NCBI GenBank assembly: GCA_032718475.1
Contig: JAUCBJ010005260.1
Location: 1 to 64,000, forward strand
Direction: 5' to 3'
Length of the DNA stretch: 64,000 nt
Origin: Nemertoderma westbladi
Lineage: Eukaryota > Animalia > Xenacoelomorpha
Shown here: one piece after another, positions 34,962 through 47,900 of the stretch
How the letters are laid out: each line of letters opens with the position of its first letter
How positions within the stretch are numbered: position 1 is the first letter of the stretch
Notes under the pieces: generated by a model
Told to the model about the DNA's origin: nothing
Seen by the model: only the letters and a program-made list of their open reading frames with translations
Databases searched by the model: none
Program-made: the position numbers and the translations under genes

Positions 34962-35848
34962 GCCAAAACGCGCATGAGGCGCTGGAGACATTAGAGAAAC
35001 GACCTACTCAACCGCAACCACTTCAGACCTATGCGGTAAGAACTAGAGTAGGTTGGTACCTTACTGGACCTTCCCGTAGAACGCTCAGGGAAAGACTGCT
35101 TCAAGATCGCGTCTGCCAGGTGAGTGAATGGGAAGATGATACTAGTGAGGGAGACGACCCAACTGAGGGAACACCACACTCCTCAGATAATGACAATCTT
35201 AGCTCCAATGTAGATCAATGGAGATATTGCCCCAAGAAGTTTAATCCAACGGACATCGCTTCCAGAGGAGCAACTCCTCAAGAACTGACAGATACTATAG
35301 ACCGGTTAGGTGAACCCGACTTCCTGAGTAAGGAGAATGAATGGCCTCCCCATCTTACTCCGACTGAGATTAGACCAGCCAAGGGAGCGGAGAAAGTCGA
35401 ACCTGAAACCCGGACGGGTGGATCGGAGTTATTTGAACCCGGGATAGATCTGTCGGTATTACATGTTGCCAGGGACGACGCCGTGGATCTGAGCCTCCCC
35501 TCCGCGAGTGGATCCTTCATGAAGATCAGAGAGAGCGATTGGAGCTCTGGAACATCAGACGTCTCGCAGGGACTCTCACCTCTCCTGCAGAGAGCGACGG
35601 ACCACTATAGCTCCTGGAATCGGCTTTGTGACGCCGTCATATACTTTGAGCGATGTTTCTATCGTCACTATTCCAGGACGAAGAGGAAACCTGGAATTGT
35701 ATTCAGGATGCAGCGACTCAATCACCCAGTCGGTCGTTTGTGTTTATCGGAAGGGAATGGAGGACTCTCAGGAAACTATGGAAGGCAAGAAACTCTTCCC
35801 ACGACCACTTCCCTAATCCAACCGACATCTAGGGACTCCCCAACTTAA
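34962..35848 (+). pseudogene. pol: Remainder of pol of A: protease end fused in frame to RNase H end; RT and integrase core absent
   Basis: ...RTRVGWYLTGP...DQWRYCPKKFNPTDIASRG...YSSWNRL; no YVDD or integrase motifs seen. Confidence 0.85.
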
Positions 35849-37495
35849 TATCGTTCGGAGTGGGCGTGTGACTCTATTATTTTATATTATTTTATTATTT
35901 TTATATTTATGTATGTATTACTATGTAATTTTATTATAATCGTTTTATTTAATTTAGTAGAATATTATTTAGCGATTATTTTGTAGAATAGTGCAATATA
36001 TTCGTGTTTATTACGTACATACTTACTTATATTATATTTAGTGCGACGGCGAAGAAATAATTATTTTTCTCTTTCCTTACTGTCCGTATTATATTATAAA
36101 TACGTAACTACAGTAAGATGAAATGTCCGTACTTATTAAAGTACAATAAAGCCACTACTATATTTAAGTATTATTGGTAGGCAGAGTATTAGGAATGCAA
36201 AGTTCAGATCCTCGTGTCTCGGCTAAACCAAGCTCTGGGTAGACCTTGGAAACGACTTGCCTCTTCACACTGACATTGCTTCGTGCGATATTGCTCTCAT
36301 ACCGTATATTAAATAATACATATAGTAGCGTGATGTCCCTTTAACAGTAGCGTATAACGCAAAATAAATCTGTTAAACCCTTTGACCATCTGTAATTCTA
36401 GTCGATTAAGATATCGCGGCACCCACCGATATACTTGAAAGACAAATTCTAGAATCAGTGGTTAACGTCCCCAGACAAGTTCTGGAATAAATCGGTGCCC
36501 ATCTCAAATATTAATTAGTTAATATTTACAAATCAAATAAGTCAAAATCTGTAAAATTCAGATCCTTCAACGATTCTAGTCAATTAAGATATCGTAGCAT
36601 TTACCGATATTCTTAAAGAGACAATTTTCTTAGAATTAAGGATCTTGTGTTCCTAGACATGTTCTAGAATCAAAATATGCCCATTTAATTATCAAATAAT
36701 AAAATTTCAGGGAATAAATTTAAATTCATGTCTTTTAATGAATTTAATAAATTGCCATTTTACGCAATTTATAAAGTTCCCAAAATTCCATTAATTAATA
36801 GATCAAGGGAGCGGAGATTTATATTATTATGCGTGTGCGTGTACGAAAGTCTCCCAAACATAGTTAATAGCCGATAAAATTCTTAAAGTCATGTATAAAA
36901 CAGAACATTGACTATTAAAGAATACTATTAAATAACATCCCAGATCTGTATGCATTGGAATCACCCTAATTCTACCGCTAGCTTTGCATAATGTCACCAT
37001 AGCAACAACCACGCTAGAATTAGAATTGAGTTAACGAACAATAGAAAGCTTGTCCCATAGAATAGCATAGGGAATAAATAGCGCACTGCTAGTATCCAAG
37101 GATACATAATAATACAGTGACATTCTGGAAGGCATTGACTAACGGACAAATGGCCCGAATGTGCGTAGTTGTGACCAGTTGTGTGGTATTTGTGAGTTTA
37201 TAGGTGAATGTTACTGCTAAAGTGTGTTTACAGTAGCTAGTCGCAATCGTAAAATAACCTAACTCTCCAAGGAATACCTGAAGTACATCTAAGCCTTTGG
37301 GACGGACAGTGGAGTGACTTGTGTCGGTTATCGTTGTAGTTGTACGGCTACGTCGTTGGCGAAAGTACAGCTACAGCGGTACATCGGCGCTGAAAATCTC
37401 TTACTGTCCGGGGGCAAGGGAGAAATAGGCAGCGACGCCCGCTCGCCTAACGATATATAAACTCATTATAATATTGGTGAACTTGTATAGCAGAT

Positions 37496-40400
37496 ATGAC
37501 TGAATTAATAGAAGATGATCTTGGTATCAGGGAGAGATATACTCTACCTTTACAAGCGTTTGTCGATAGCTTGATACGCGGCGACGCTGATCCAACTATT
37601 ACGGAGGACGATGGTCGTTATATCGAACCGCCAATGTCCCAGGAGCAACTTACGCGTGAATTGGATTATAGAAAGTTCACTGCTCGCTACATGCATCGTA
37701 ATGGTACGTATATGGACTTCTTGACCACTGGTCATCCTATTGATTTACACGACACCGACGATGTAGACACCGAAAGGGAAATGGTTTTGTTTAAATATCA
37801 TGCCCAGCGGAGTCGAAACGATAAATCGAGAATAGAACACGAGAACTCTATTCGAAACAAACTCGAAATAGAAGACGTTGAAGAACCTGATAAACGTAAC
37901 GGTTTCAACGATTATCTAGAATTCTTACGAGAGACCTATCTCAATGTTGCCAGTCAACAAAACCTCGAAACTCGATATCCCCAAGGTATACATCCAGATC
38001 CTATAATGGAACTCAAACGGCTCTATTTTACGATGATGTATCTTACCGCCGATCGACCGCTACCTGTCGTTCCAGATAGCTTCGAACAGATGGAGGAATA
38101 TTGTAAAACTGGAGAGCGATCACCCGCGTTTCCCCTTCAAGACGTGCGTCTTTGGTATTACTGTGACGAATGCCCTAGACCTAACCAGCAAATCGAAAGG
38201 CATAAACATCCTCGGAGACGTTGCGCTAAACACAGTTTTACGCGATATACTTATGGGAGTTTCGAGCGTAACCTTTTCGACGTATCACCTACGGTCGCGC
38301 GCCTTAAGCGATCATTGAATAAACCCATGATCAGAGTTCCGGAATACTCGGTCAGACCTCCCCATTCACCAGTGATACCTCAAACTCTAGATCCTAATAG
38401 TATTATGGATCCTCCCGAACTGTACTCACTGTTCAAAGACCTAGTGTTACCTGAACAGTTGATTGGTGGCACTCCGGTAGTGGGTTCGTTGGATATTCGC
38501 CAACCTTACCTCGCTGGACTAGGACGCGGTCATTTAATATCACCGTTTAATCCCTACAACCGTCCTGGCCTTCCTCCGATCCAACCTGTTACAGAAGTTG
38601 AAGAGAGCGTGATACGAAATGCATTGGACGCTATTCGGCAGAAAATCGGAAAAGGAACTTACGATTGCTTGGAGAAACGTAAATTGCAACAACAAGTCCA
38701 AGCGGTGAAAGAACTAGCTTTACCCCAGTTCGATAGAGAAATACAAAATCTAGAGGAAGACATCGAACGTGGACGAACCTACTCTTTACAGGAATTCCTG
38801 GACGAGCGCTTGCAGCAACAAGCGGAGGAAAATCAGCTCAAGGAGAGACATATAGAGCTGACGGAGAGGGAAGAAGCAGCTTTAGCCCAACCAGAAGCTC
38901 AAATTCTCGTGACGGACCTCTATTCCAAAACGATTCTCCACCCCTCGATGGTTCCTCATTTTAAAGACAAGCTCTTTGCTACGGTACAGCCTCAACCGGT
39001 TAATACCGATCTCAGATCTCACGAGCTCGTTGCTGACGCTCCTATGCTACAACGTCCACCCGTAGAGGCTGCCCGTGTCGATGGCGTACTTGTTGAGCTT
39101 CCGGACAATAGAGCGGATCTTGTCCGTCGCATGGTGCACGATGTTAACATACGCGCTAGACCTTTGCCGGACTCATTTTATGGAATTAAAGATCATCCTT
39201 ATTACGTTAATTTAAAGCAATATTACATGGTGAAACCAGAAGATCCTACGCATAGTCTGAAGTTTCTACCATTGATCAATCCTCTCGACCTTGTCGAACT
39301 CGAACAACTACAAAAACACCTAGATCAGCTAGTTAAACTAAACTCATTTAGAAAACCGTATAATATTTCTAGAATAGAGAAAGAAATATCACCTCCGTAT
39401 AATCTTGATGGCTTTATTAAAACTCGATTAGTGCACTGGAATCTCGACGTGTTATTCGAGGAAGAAAGAATAAAACGATATGGCGATGTGGAAACCTATA
39501 CTACACAATGCTTAAAGTATAGAGATTTACCCAATGCTAACGAGTGCGCTACTTTGTGGCATCCAGTGGGAATGACTCTCGAAAACGCCACTAAAGAATG
39601 GAACGAGACTCTTAACGTTATCGAGATGTATGGCGTTGTTACTTACGACAACGAAGGTAGCGTTCCGGTGGGAGAATTAGGAACTACGCGAATGATACAT
39701 ATACGAGGACTCGCTGGTTCTACCCACGTATTCACACGAGCGTGTTCTGACGTGATTGATTATTCTTTTGAAACTCTTACGGAGATACAAAAGAAACTTT
39801 GACATGGACAATTCGAACTCGCGCAGCGTTACGTCACCGACACCGAACGCAAACCGGCCATGGGTATCGATGGATCAATGTTACCCCAACCTGTACTCGC
39901 AATGTTGTTTAACGAAAGAATTCTAAAAATCGGCTCAGCTGTTTATGGAGATCTCCAAAACGACTTCCGGAATATGGAGAACATTCCATACCCTTTCGTT
40001 GATACTCAGCTGATTGCTCCTTGGGCCGAAGGCCGAGGTTTCTTTCGCACTATGTATGCCAATACACCCAGCAGCATTACTAAAGTACAACGGACATCCA
40101 TCGGACATCTTGCCTTTCAAGAATATGGTTGGAATTTCAAAGTTGGAAATCCTATAAATTACCAGCAAGTATATGGAGATCATTACTCCCGTTTATATTT
40201 TGACGGACCATTAACTGCGCCTGGTGCCGTATATAGCTTTATGAGTGTTCCACTTCGCCCTTCCTTAGCTATATACACGATCTTTGAAAACGCAGCACTT
40301 GCCGGTTGGCTAGCCGATGTGTGCAGTCGTACCATACGCGCTCACCCGTTAATACTTGGAACTAAACTCGCCAAGTTAGACGAACACAATAAGTTCATAC

Positions 40401-41749
40401 GTTTCGAATGTTTCCGGCGCTTTCTGACTCCGTTCCTTAACATCGACAGTCAGTTCAAAGATCGCGCGCTGACCAAGCTCAGTCTTAGAGACTCAGCTGC
40501 GGAGAAACTGAGTAGCGCTGGATTTGCCGTGTTTCAAGACGTTTGTATACAGAACTCACATTCATCTGTTATACAAAGACCCCGAATACCTACAGGTTAT
40601 TCTGTCGTGGAAATACAGACAGTGGGTCCACTTACGGAAACCGACGCACCAACTTCGTCTATGCAGCTGGAGGATGAACCAGTATGCTTGGAATCCGAAG
40701 CGATTCAACCTACGGCTTCTCGGAGCAGTGACAATGATTATGTCATAGAGTGGTATCAAGGTCCACAGCGTCTCACAGCGTACGATTATCGACACGCCAA
40801 CCACGTTTACCGAAAACGTTGTCGATTATGCGCATCGAGAGACCACTTCACTCCTCTCGACTCGAGCGTACCTTGTTCCTATTTCCTCGAACAACCGATG
40901 ATGGAAATATATTGTGCTTATTGCCGGCTTAATAACTCTCATATATTTGCCGTCTGCCCACAGTTTATGACTCAATGTCACTACTGCCAACTTAAAGGAC
41001 ACGAAAGTTACAATTGTCCCTTTAATCGCGATTTAGAGAGCGTAGACGAGATGATCACCCTGCGATACATCCGAGCTTGGGAAGCGAACGCAGATTTACA
41101 TTGCGAATCCAGACATCGCTATTACCCTGGACGAGCTTACGAGGGAGTTTACGCGTTCCATCCTTATCTATTCGCGTCGATTGAACAGAAAACACGCGTA
41201 CCAAGTTACGAGTTAATGAAGCGTGTTGGTGAGTGTATTTCCACCAAGTTTGTCAGGAAATACCTGAGAAACGTTAATCCTAATGATATAACCACATATC
41301 ACCTGATCAATTATATCCGTCAGGACCCTGAGTATGGCGACATTTTCGTGAACTCGCATCCTGAACTCCAGGAAGTATCTCGGCGCCCATATGAATACCG
41401 AACCCGAGAACGCGAGCTGGAGAGAACCATTAAACCGAGAAAGTTCCTCACCACTCACGGTCCACCCACCGCTAGTGTCCAGACGACCCGTCAAGGACCC
41501 GTAGGAGCTGCTGTCCTGAGACGCGCTCTAAAGGCCGTTAGACCTCACTCCACTGAGGTTGATATTAATCAACCAGGTACCTCGACCGGCGGGTATACCG
41601 ATCGTAACCCTGCACCTTCTGATGCAATTATATTGCACCCTTCGCCTAGGAGCTACAGCCCACCTCGTAAAGTGGCTCGCCCCAAAGAGAAAAGGACTCT
41701 TGCTAGCCTCCAGAAACTGCGTAAACGCCGTCCGCGCAAGAAAGACTAA
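37496..41749 (+). CDS. Large accessory ORF of A (~1417 codons, one in-frame TGA at 39800-39802): unknown N-terminus, DEDDy-like 3'-5' exonuclease, Zn-knuckle domain, basic tail
   Basis: ORFs 37496-39802 and 39860-41749 are in the same frame with 19 sense codons between them. Exonuclease-like motifs VVTYDNE, LPQPVLAMLFNERILKIGSAVYGD, FVDTQ, PLRPSLAIYTIFENA straddle the stop. Confidence 0.75.
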
Positions 41750-41827
41750 CTGTTTAGAGTATTTTTATATTTTAGAAACTGTGATTTTGTATATTTTATA
41801 GACTTAAATCCCATTTTCTGGGAGCGG

Positions 41828-43019
41828 TGTAAAAGCTTTTGTGGGATAACTGATTCGTTTGCCTTGTTGGCCAGTTCCCCCCCAGTCGCTAAGAATACTC
41901 TCAAAGTGATCTACAGCTAAAAATAGTGCAAGTTACCAGCTTATTGGCTGATTTGCTGTACGCAGGCATCTGGGCTCTGTTTAATCGGCCAACAAGCCTA
42001 GGGAGGTTGCGTCATAGCCTTGTTTTGTATCTCCCAATAGAATTTGAGTTATCCTTGATGTTGACCTATCACAGAGTACTGAACTGAAAATTTCCTATCT
42101 CACTGCTCTTTCTCTGTGTTGAACGGGAGCTTCGTGGAATAAGGGAGTTGGTATCCTCGTATAGAGCAGTAGTCACGAGTTTTTCAAAGCCACGAAAGAA
42201 CGGCTTTTTAGTGTTTTGTGCTTTCTGCTTTTTAGCTCAACACTAGTAGGTTTAATCATAAGGACATATATCCTTTAACTGACCAAACGCACCTGATTAC
42301 TGACTGATTGTCTTAACTCAAAACAAACTGGCACGATTGATCTGTCAATACTGTGTACTGCTATTTGTTGTCGGTTATTCATTATATTTGTTGATGAATT
42401 ATTATATTGGAATAACGAGAAATAACCCCGACACCCAATATTCTTGATATACCGAAGGTAAGAGAGAAAGGTTACCAATAACGATTGTGACTTATGTTAA
42501 AGTGGTTTGAAGTGAATCTAATGTTATTTGATAGACCCTACATGAGTCAGTCTGTGTTCCTTTTATATGTGACTAAAATCAGTAAAGATTGGCAGATTAG
42601 TGTGCAGTATTGTGCAGCATTGTGTGCGAGTGAGTCTGTTAAAGAAGCATTCCTAAAGAATGCGCCATATATGTGAATTATAATTAAGCCATATCGTTGT
42701 GAGTAGTTTAAGTCATAACTCTGTTTATGTAGATAAAGTGCCACGTCCTAAAGGAACTGTTAATATTCCCGAAGGTAAATAATATTGTCAGAGATTATAT
42801 AATACTGTCAGTCGAATAATACATTAGGCTTACATAGCAATAAAATTAAACCGTCGAACCCAATCTCCCGGGAATATCCAGCGGGTGAATGGTCGCGCAC
42901 GGATTGGTTTCGACTAGTGTAGTGAATCAAATACTTGTCATAGGCTAAAAAGCGATTTAATATCTAGAAGACATCTTAATTTGGCGGGTTAAACTGCCAA
43001 AGGTCTGAAAGCGCGAACA
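41828..43019 (+). repeat. 3' LTR of element A
   Basis: Direct repeat of 10790-11981, preceded by GGGAGCGG, followed by the TSD. Confidence 0.95.
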
Positions 43020-43024
43020 CCCCG

Positions 43025-43178
43025 ACCCACCTGGGAAGTTGGTTTAGCTACAACAACAACTACAACCAGGCCAAGCATTGAAACAACAGCGGTTGACCAC
43101 ACCACAAAAAGCAGTTCAGTGGTTGCTATTCCGCTATTTTGGATGGTTTTGGTGTTGGTTTCATTAAGTGTAATTTAG
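43025..43178 (+). pseudogene. Host gene, 3' part: Thr/Ser-rich stalk and hydrophobic (GPI-signal-like) C-terminus
   Basis: After removing A and one CCCCG copy the frame continues RPTWEVGLATTTTTTRPSIETTAVDHTTKSSSVVAIPLFWMVLVLVSLSVI*. Confidence 0.75.
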
Positions 43179-43395
43179 ATAGAAAAATATTTATTGCACA
43201 ATGTGGAAAGTTTTAATCTACTTCAATATAATGTAATAGTTTGCGAAGTGACTATTTCTGAAATGATCTGTACCTCATAAAACTTTCCAAACATGAAAGT
43301 TAATTTAATAATGCTAGACAGGAGCAGAGGCATCTGTGTTACTGCAACTTGAATGTTTCGACCCTTCATTAAACTCGTTGGTGAAATACGTACTG

Positions 43396-43462
43396 TACAA
43401 TACATAACATTAAATACAATACAATACATAACAATACATACAATTAATACAATACAATACAT
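43396..43462. repeat. (TACAA)n-like microsatellite
   Basis: tacaatacataacat...tacaatacaatac. Confidence 0.8.
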
Positions 43463-43839
43463 AAAATGACTGAGAATAGTGAAAAATTTCTACATTTTCC
43501 CAAATGAAATAATTACATTGGAGAAAGTAGAACTTTGTCCTCTTATTTTTCCATCTACCTTTCAACCTTTGGAAATATAATAGGATTTTTATTGAACCAA
43601 AGTATATCAGTAACAAAATACAGAAATTCACCAAAGCAACAGAGTTCACGCAAAAACCAGTATTAAAAAGAACTGTCAGACATAGGCCAGAATGTCTAGG
43701 TAGCAGTAAATACCCCGTTACTGGGCAACCATGCAATACAATGATGCTTTTATTAGGCAGTTGGGCTGTTTATGTCATGATACCAGTACAGGTATCAGCA
43801 TTTGATAATACGATTGAGGTCTCCACTATAGCATGGTGG

Positions 43840-44110
43840 ACTGGACGCCTCGAAGCAGAGCGGTTCCCACGAAGGCACATTAGGGAAAATTTCAACAGTG
43901 AGAAATTTAACTGCCTCCGTGTCCATGAAACGCAATTGGAATAGCGCATCCCGCGCTTGTCAGCTATTTTTAATGATAAACGTTTTACAAACTGCTGGGT
44001 TATTGGCACTATTCCCCTGAAGGCCAAGAAGATGATGAGTGTAAAAATGGATAGCTCTACTTCTCGGACACGCACCTCATACTTCAACTACTTCTTTCGT
44101 TCATGGTATG
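43840..44110 (-). pseudogene. 3' fragment of CRE-like non-LTR retrotransposon (RLE C-terminus)
   Basis: HERKK*LKYEVRVREVE...KRLSLKIADKRG...WTRRQLNFSLLK...MCLRGNRS resembles the CRE-clade terminal motif. Confidence 0.7.
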
Positions 44111-44929
44111 TTAGAATAAATTGATTTGATAAAAAAGATCTACTTTCAATCTCAATTTTCATATATTGTGACTTCTTCCTGTCACTTAATAAACCATGCA
44201 ATAATGAAGCAAAATGTCCGGTCTGATACACCAAGTGGGAATGGCGCTAGTGTACCTTCAACGAAGGCCGCTCTAGTATATCTGTTTATTTCCCCTTTCT
44301 CCATTCGATGTATTGATTTGCTCTATATTTCGCTTAGTCTAATACGGTATTTGATCATCTATTATATTTAACTAGTATACAGTACCGGGAGGGTGTGGCA
44401 ACACAGTATAACAAGCAAATGTCTGACTAATTAATTATGTAAGGACTCAAGTCTGGTGACTGTGTTTCTCTTTAGAGGAAACGTATTGTGACAAGTCTCA
44501 CATGTATTTGATGCAATTGTCCAGATTATCACTAATGCTCAGCTATAGTGACCTACCTGGTTGTGGCGCTTGTAAAACTTCCTTGATTCCGTAATATCGG
44601 TGATATATCAAGCAAATAACAATAACAAATTGAGTTTATCAGTAGAATATCAAATATAACGATAAATAACTTTAATTCAATTATTAACACTTTTACTTTA
44701 GACCTTAGGCCTGTAATAATCACCAGTCATTTAAACCTGACCAGAGATCAATGCCTCTGCATGGGCAATGTGACTTCTTCTGTCCAACAATAACAAAAGA
44801 AGAGTGAGTAAACCATAGAACTAATCGTACTTATATATCAGCTTATCAGTAAGGAGCATAGCCAATAAGGCAATAATACAAGTTGGATATGCAGATAATG
44901 GCACTAGATGGCGTCAAACCTTTGATAAT

Positions 44930-47900
44930 GCTTAAATCGATTGAAAGATAACCGATATTATAACGCAACCAACTTTATCAATAAGAATGGTGTAAAAAAT
45001 AAAAATGGTCAACTCCGTTTTAGAGGCTCTCTTTAAGATTTGATACTCAGAAGATTCCGGGTTCCTGATCACAGCAGCGTTGTTTGAGGCCAAGAGGCCC
45101 AGCTTTTGGTGTAGCTCCTCCAAAACCTTGGTGGCTTGCACAGATTCACCCTGCAACTCCTGCAAATGTCGTCGCTGCATAATCCGTGATTGCTTGTTGT
45201 TGGTGGCTTCGTCATGCAGTTGCTTTAAATGCTGCTGTATTTGTTGCCACTGCTGTAGCTGCTTTTCTAATGCACGCTGATTTTGTTCGCTCACTATCTC
45301 TCATTGTTTATTTAATCGATTTAATTCAAAATCAATATTATTTAATTGTTTCATTTTATTATTTACTGCCTCCTGCTTGGCTTGCAGATTTAATAAAGAT
45401 TCATTCAATCTCTCCCTATAAAGGGAATCCTCATTCGCCCGGGCGACTTTGTCTATCACCCTGGTGGGCCTGCTATCCCTCACCGACTCAACCAAGCTGA
45501 TGGACACAACCAGCCTGGAGGCAGCATAATGTCCTTCACGGGAGTCAATGATTTGGGACAGGCTTGGACCCAGGGTATGAGTGTTCAATGGGTGGGCATA
45601 GGCTGTGCTGGACATTCTATCGGCCAGTATTGGGATTGGTCACGCCTGTTTAGGGCGTACTGTAAGCGTAACTATTCTATATACTATAGAAGTTTTAGGA
45701 TGTAAACAATCTGCCTGATTACTTTCTACAGTAGTTGTCGAAATACCAATGGGTGTTGGTTTGGGTCACCATAGCCACAGATGTTACATTCGGCTTAGAG
45801 GGATTTATTAATATACGGGGAACAATATTTGAAGCCGTAAGAGCGGTGTTTATTGTTCTGAAAACATCACTATCAGAGTCAGTTCTAAGATCTTTAGTGT
45901 TTTTAACGGGATTAGCATGATGTTGAGGCGGCAGTTCTGGTAGACGATGACGTTCAGCCCGTTCCAAATGTCTTCCGCTTCTAGAGGTTCGAGATTTAAC
46001 CGACGATTTATCGAACTCATCGGAGGATGTATAGCAACTAACTTCCTTGGTCTACCCTTGGGTACTTGGTCTACCCTACTTCCTTGGGCTACGGTTCTCT
46101 TCCAACTGGGAATCTGACTGTTGTTTTTCCAGCGATTTCATCTCCTCCACTATATTATCTTGCTGCTTTTAATCTGCATTCTCTTTTGCTGAGCCTGAAA
46201 CTGGATTTCACATTCCTCTGCTTCCAGGTTCTGTTCAAGTTGATGTTCCTCCGCTTCCAGTTTATGATTATGTTCCTCCGCTTCCGCTTCCTGTTTGCAT
46301 TTTTGTTCCTCTGCTTCTGCTTCCCATTTGCGTTTTTGTTTCTCTGCTTCCAGTTTGTGTTTGTGTTCCTCAGCTTCATGTTCGCGTTGCAAGCGTCCGT
46401 CCTCTCCCTGGTCTTGTAATTGTTTCAATTTATTTTTATTTTTCTCTAGATCCCGATCCATCAATAATCTCCAGTGATGTTCCATCTCCCGTTAGATATC
46501 GATATCCTTTAGGAGCCTTATAGTCTTGGGGCTGGATGGAGGGTGGCCACGAAGTCTTCTTATTAGTTCTTCTTCACCTACTTGTTTTATATTAACAATA
46601 TAGTTATATACAATAGTTATTGGTTTTATATAACCTCCGAGGTGTTTACAGATTGCGTTTTCTTGTACCTTTTGAGTCTCGGGTTCAGTCTGTGTGTACC
46701 CTTCGACATCTCGGGTATCGATTAGGGATGGATGGACGGAATCCAGAACCTCAGGGTGAGGGGGTTTGCCTTAGAAGGAGTGGCAGGCGCGTGCCTATTG
46801 AGCTAATTTTATTATGTTGTTGTTAGCTGCAGTTTCTATTACTGCGGCTCCATTCCTGATGGCAGACTGATGGAAAGGCTGATAGAATTTTCCTGATGCG
46901 GATTATTCTCTCATTTATGTCGTAAAAGAGAGACGGAAGATGATCCCCTCAGGGTCTTCCCCACCTTACTAAGGTCGGTGGGATCGGCCTGTACCTTTAA
47001 TGCTCTCAATTCATCAGGGGTGGCAGAATGCAAGGGGAAAAACTTATCCAAAGATGAATTAGTTGTAGTATCGCAATACTGATTGTTGCATTTCTGGGAC
47101 TGACATGGACAGTATTTGGACCTTAGTCCCTTTCTCAGAGGCCCAGTATTGGTCAATGACCTTTAGCAGGCTGATTAATAAACCTGGGGAAGGGGCCATG
47201 AGTGGGTCCATTCCCGGTGGCAGGCTTAAACCTGTGGCTGTATCGACTTCCGTCCGGTTTAAGTCGGAGGTCGCAGCCACTTGCGGTCGGTCAGATTGTA
47301 ATTCGAGGCCAGTAGTGGGTTGGTTTGTTCTGGTGACTGTGGGTGGTTGATTTAATTTTGACGGCATAATGGGGTTTCCTGCTTGATTCGAACTGGAATA
47401 TTCGGGCTCGGGTAATTCTCTAGTCGGAGATTTGTCTGGGTCGGAATGAGCTGGTATCGCAGTCACGTCAAGGTTAGAGGTGCAATCGCTGTGGGAATTG
47501 TCTGAGGCGCTCTTGTTGATATTTGAACGATAAGACATTTAGTTAGATTTAATTTTGGAGAAATTTATTTTATATTAACCCTTTAAATAATTAGGCCTCC
47601 TTATGTTATGTTTATTATTGTTGTTTATTATAACAATATTAAGATGTTAGAAATAATTATTACGATGTCCAAATAAATAGCACGGAATTAAATTAAATTG
47701 ATTCGGTCTACAATTTAATTACCAGTAAGCGATTAGTAAAAAGCCGGTAATTTATTTGTAAGAATATTCCATGATAAATATTCAAATTCACCACTTCACC
47801 ACTTGGAGGATACTATTCCGCTCTTATCACTACATGCAATACTACTTACCAATAGAGTAATGAATTACCTCTTATTGGGTTCTATGTAAGCTGTACAATG

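Larger units (their letters stand above)
10790..43019 (+). mobile_element. BEL/Pao LTR retrotransposon A (pol internally deleted; hosts element B)
   Basis: 1192-bp direct repeats TGT...ACA; 5-bp TSD CCCCG at 10785-10789 and 43020-43024; PPT-like GGGAGCGG before the 3' LTR; BEL gag and protease. Confidence 0.95.

Noticed and set aside
30513-41749. Accessory ORFs as env genes
   Set aside because: No signal peptide or transmembrane segment apparent; Zn knuckles and basic tails point to nucleic-acid binding.
44386-44930. Another LTR starting after GGGAGGG|TGTGG
   Set aside because: No second copy, TSD or defined end found.
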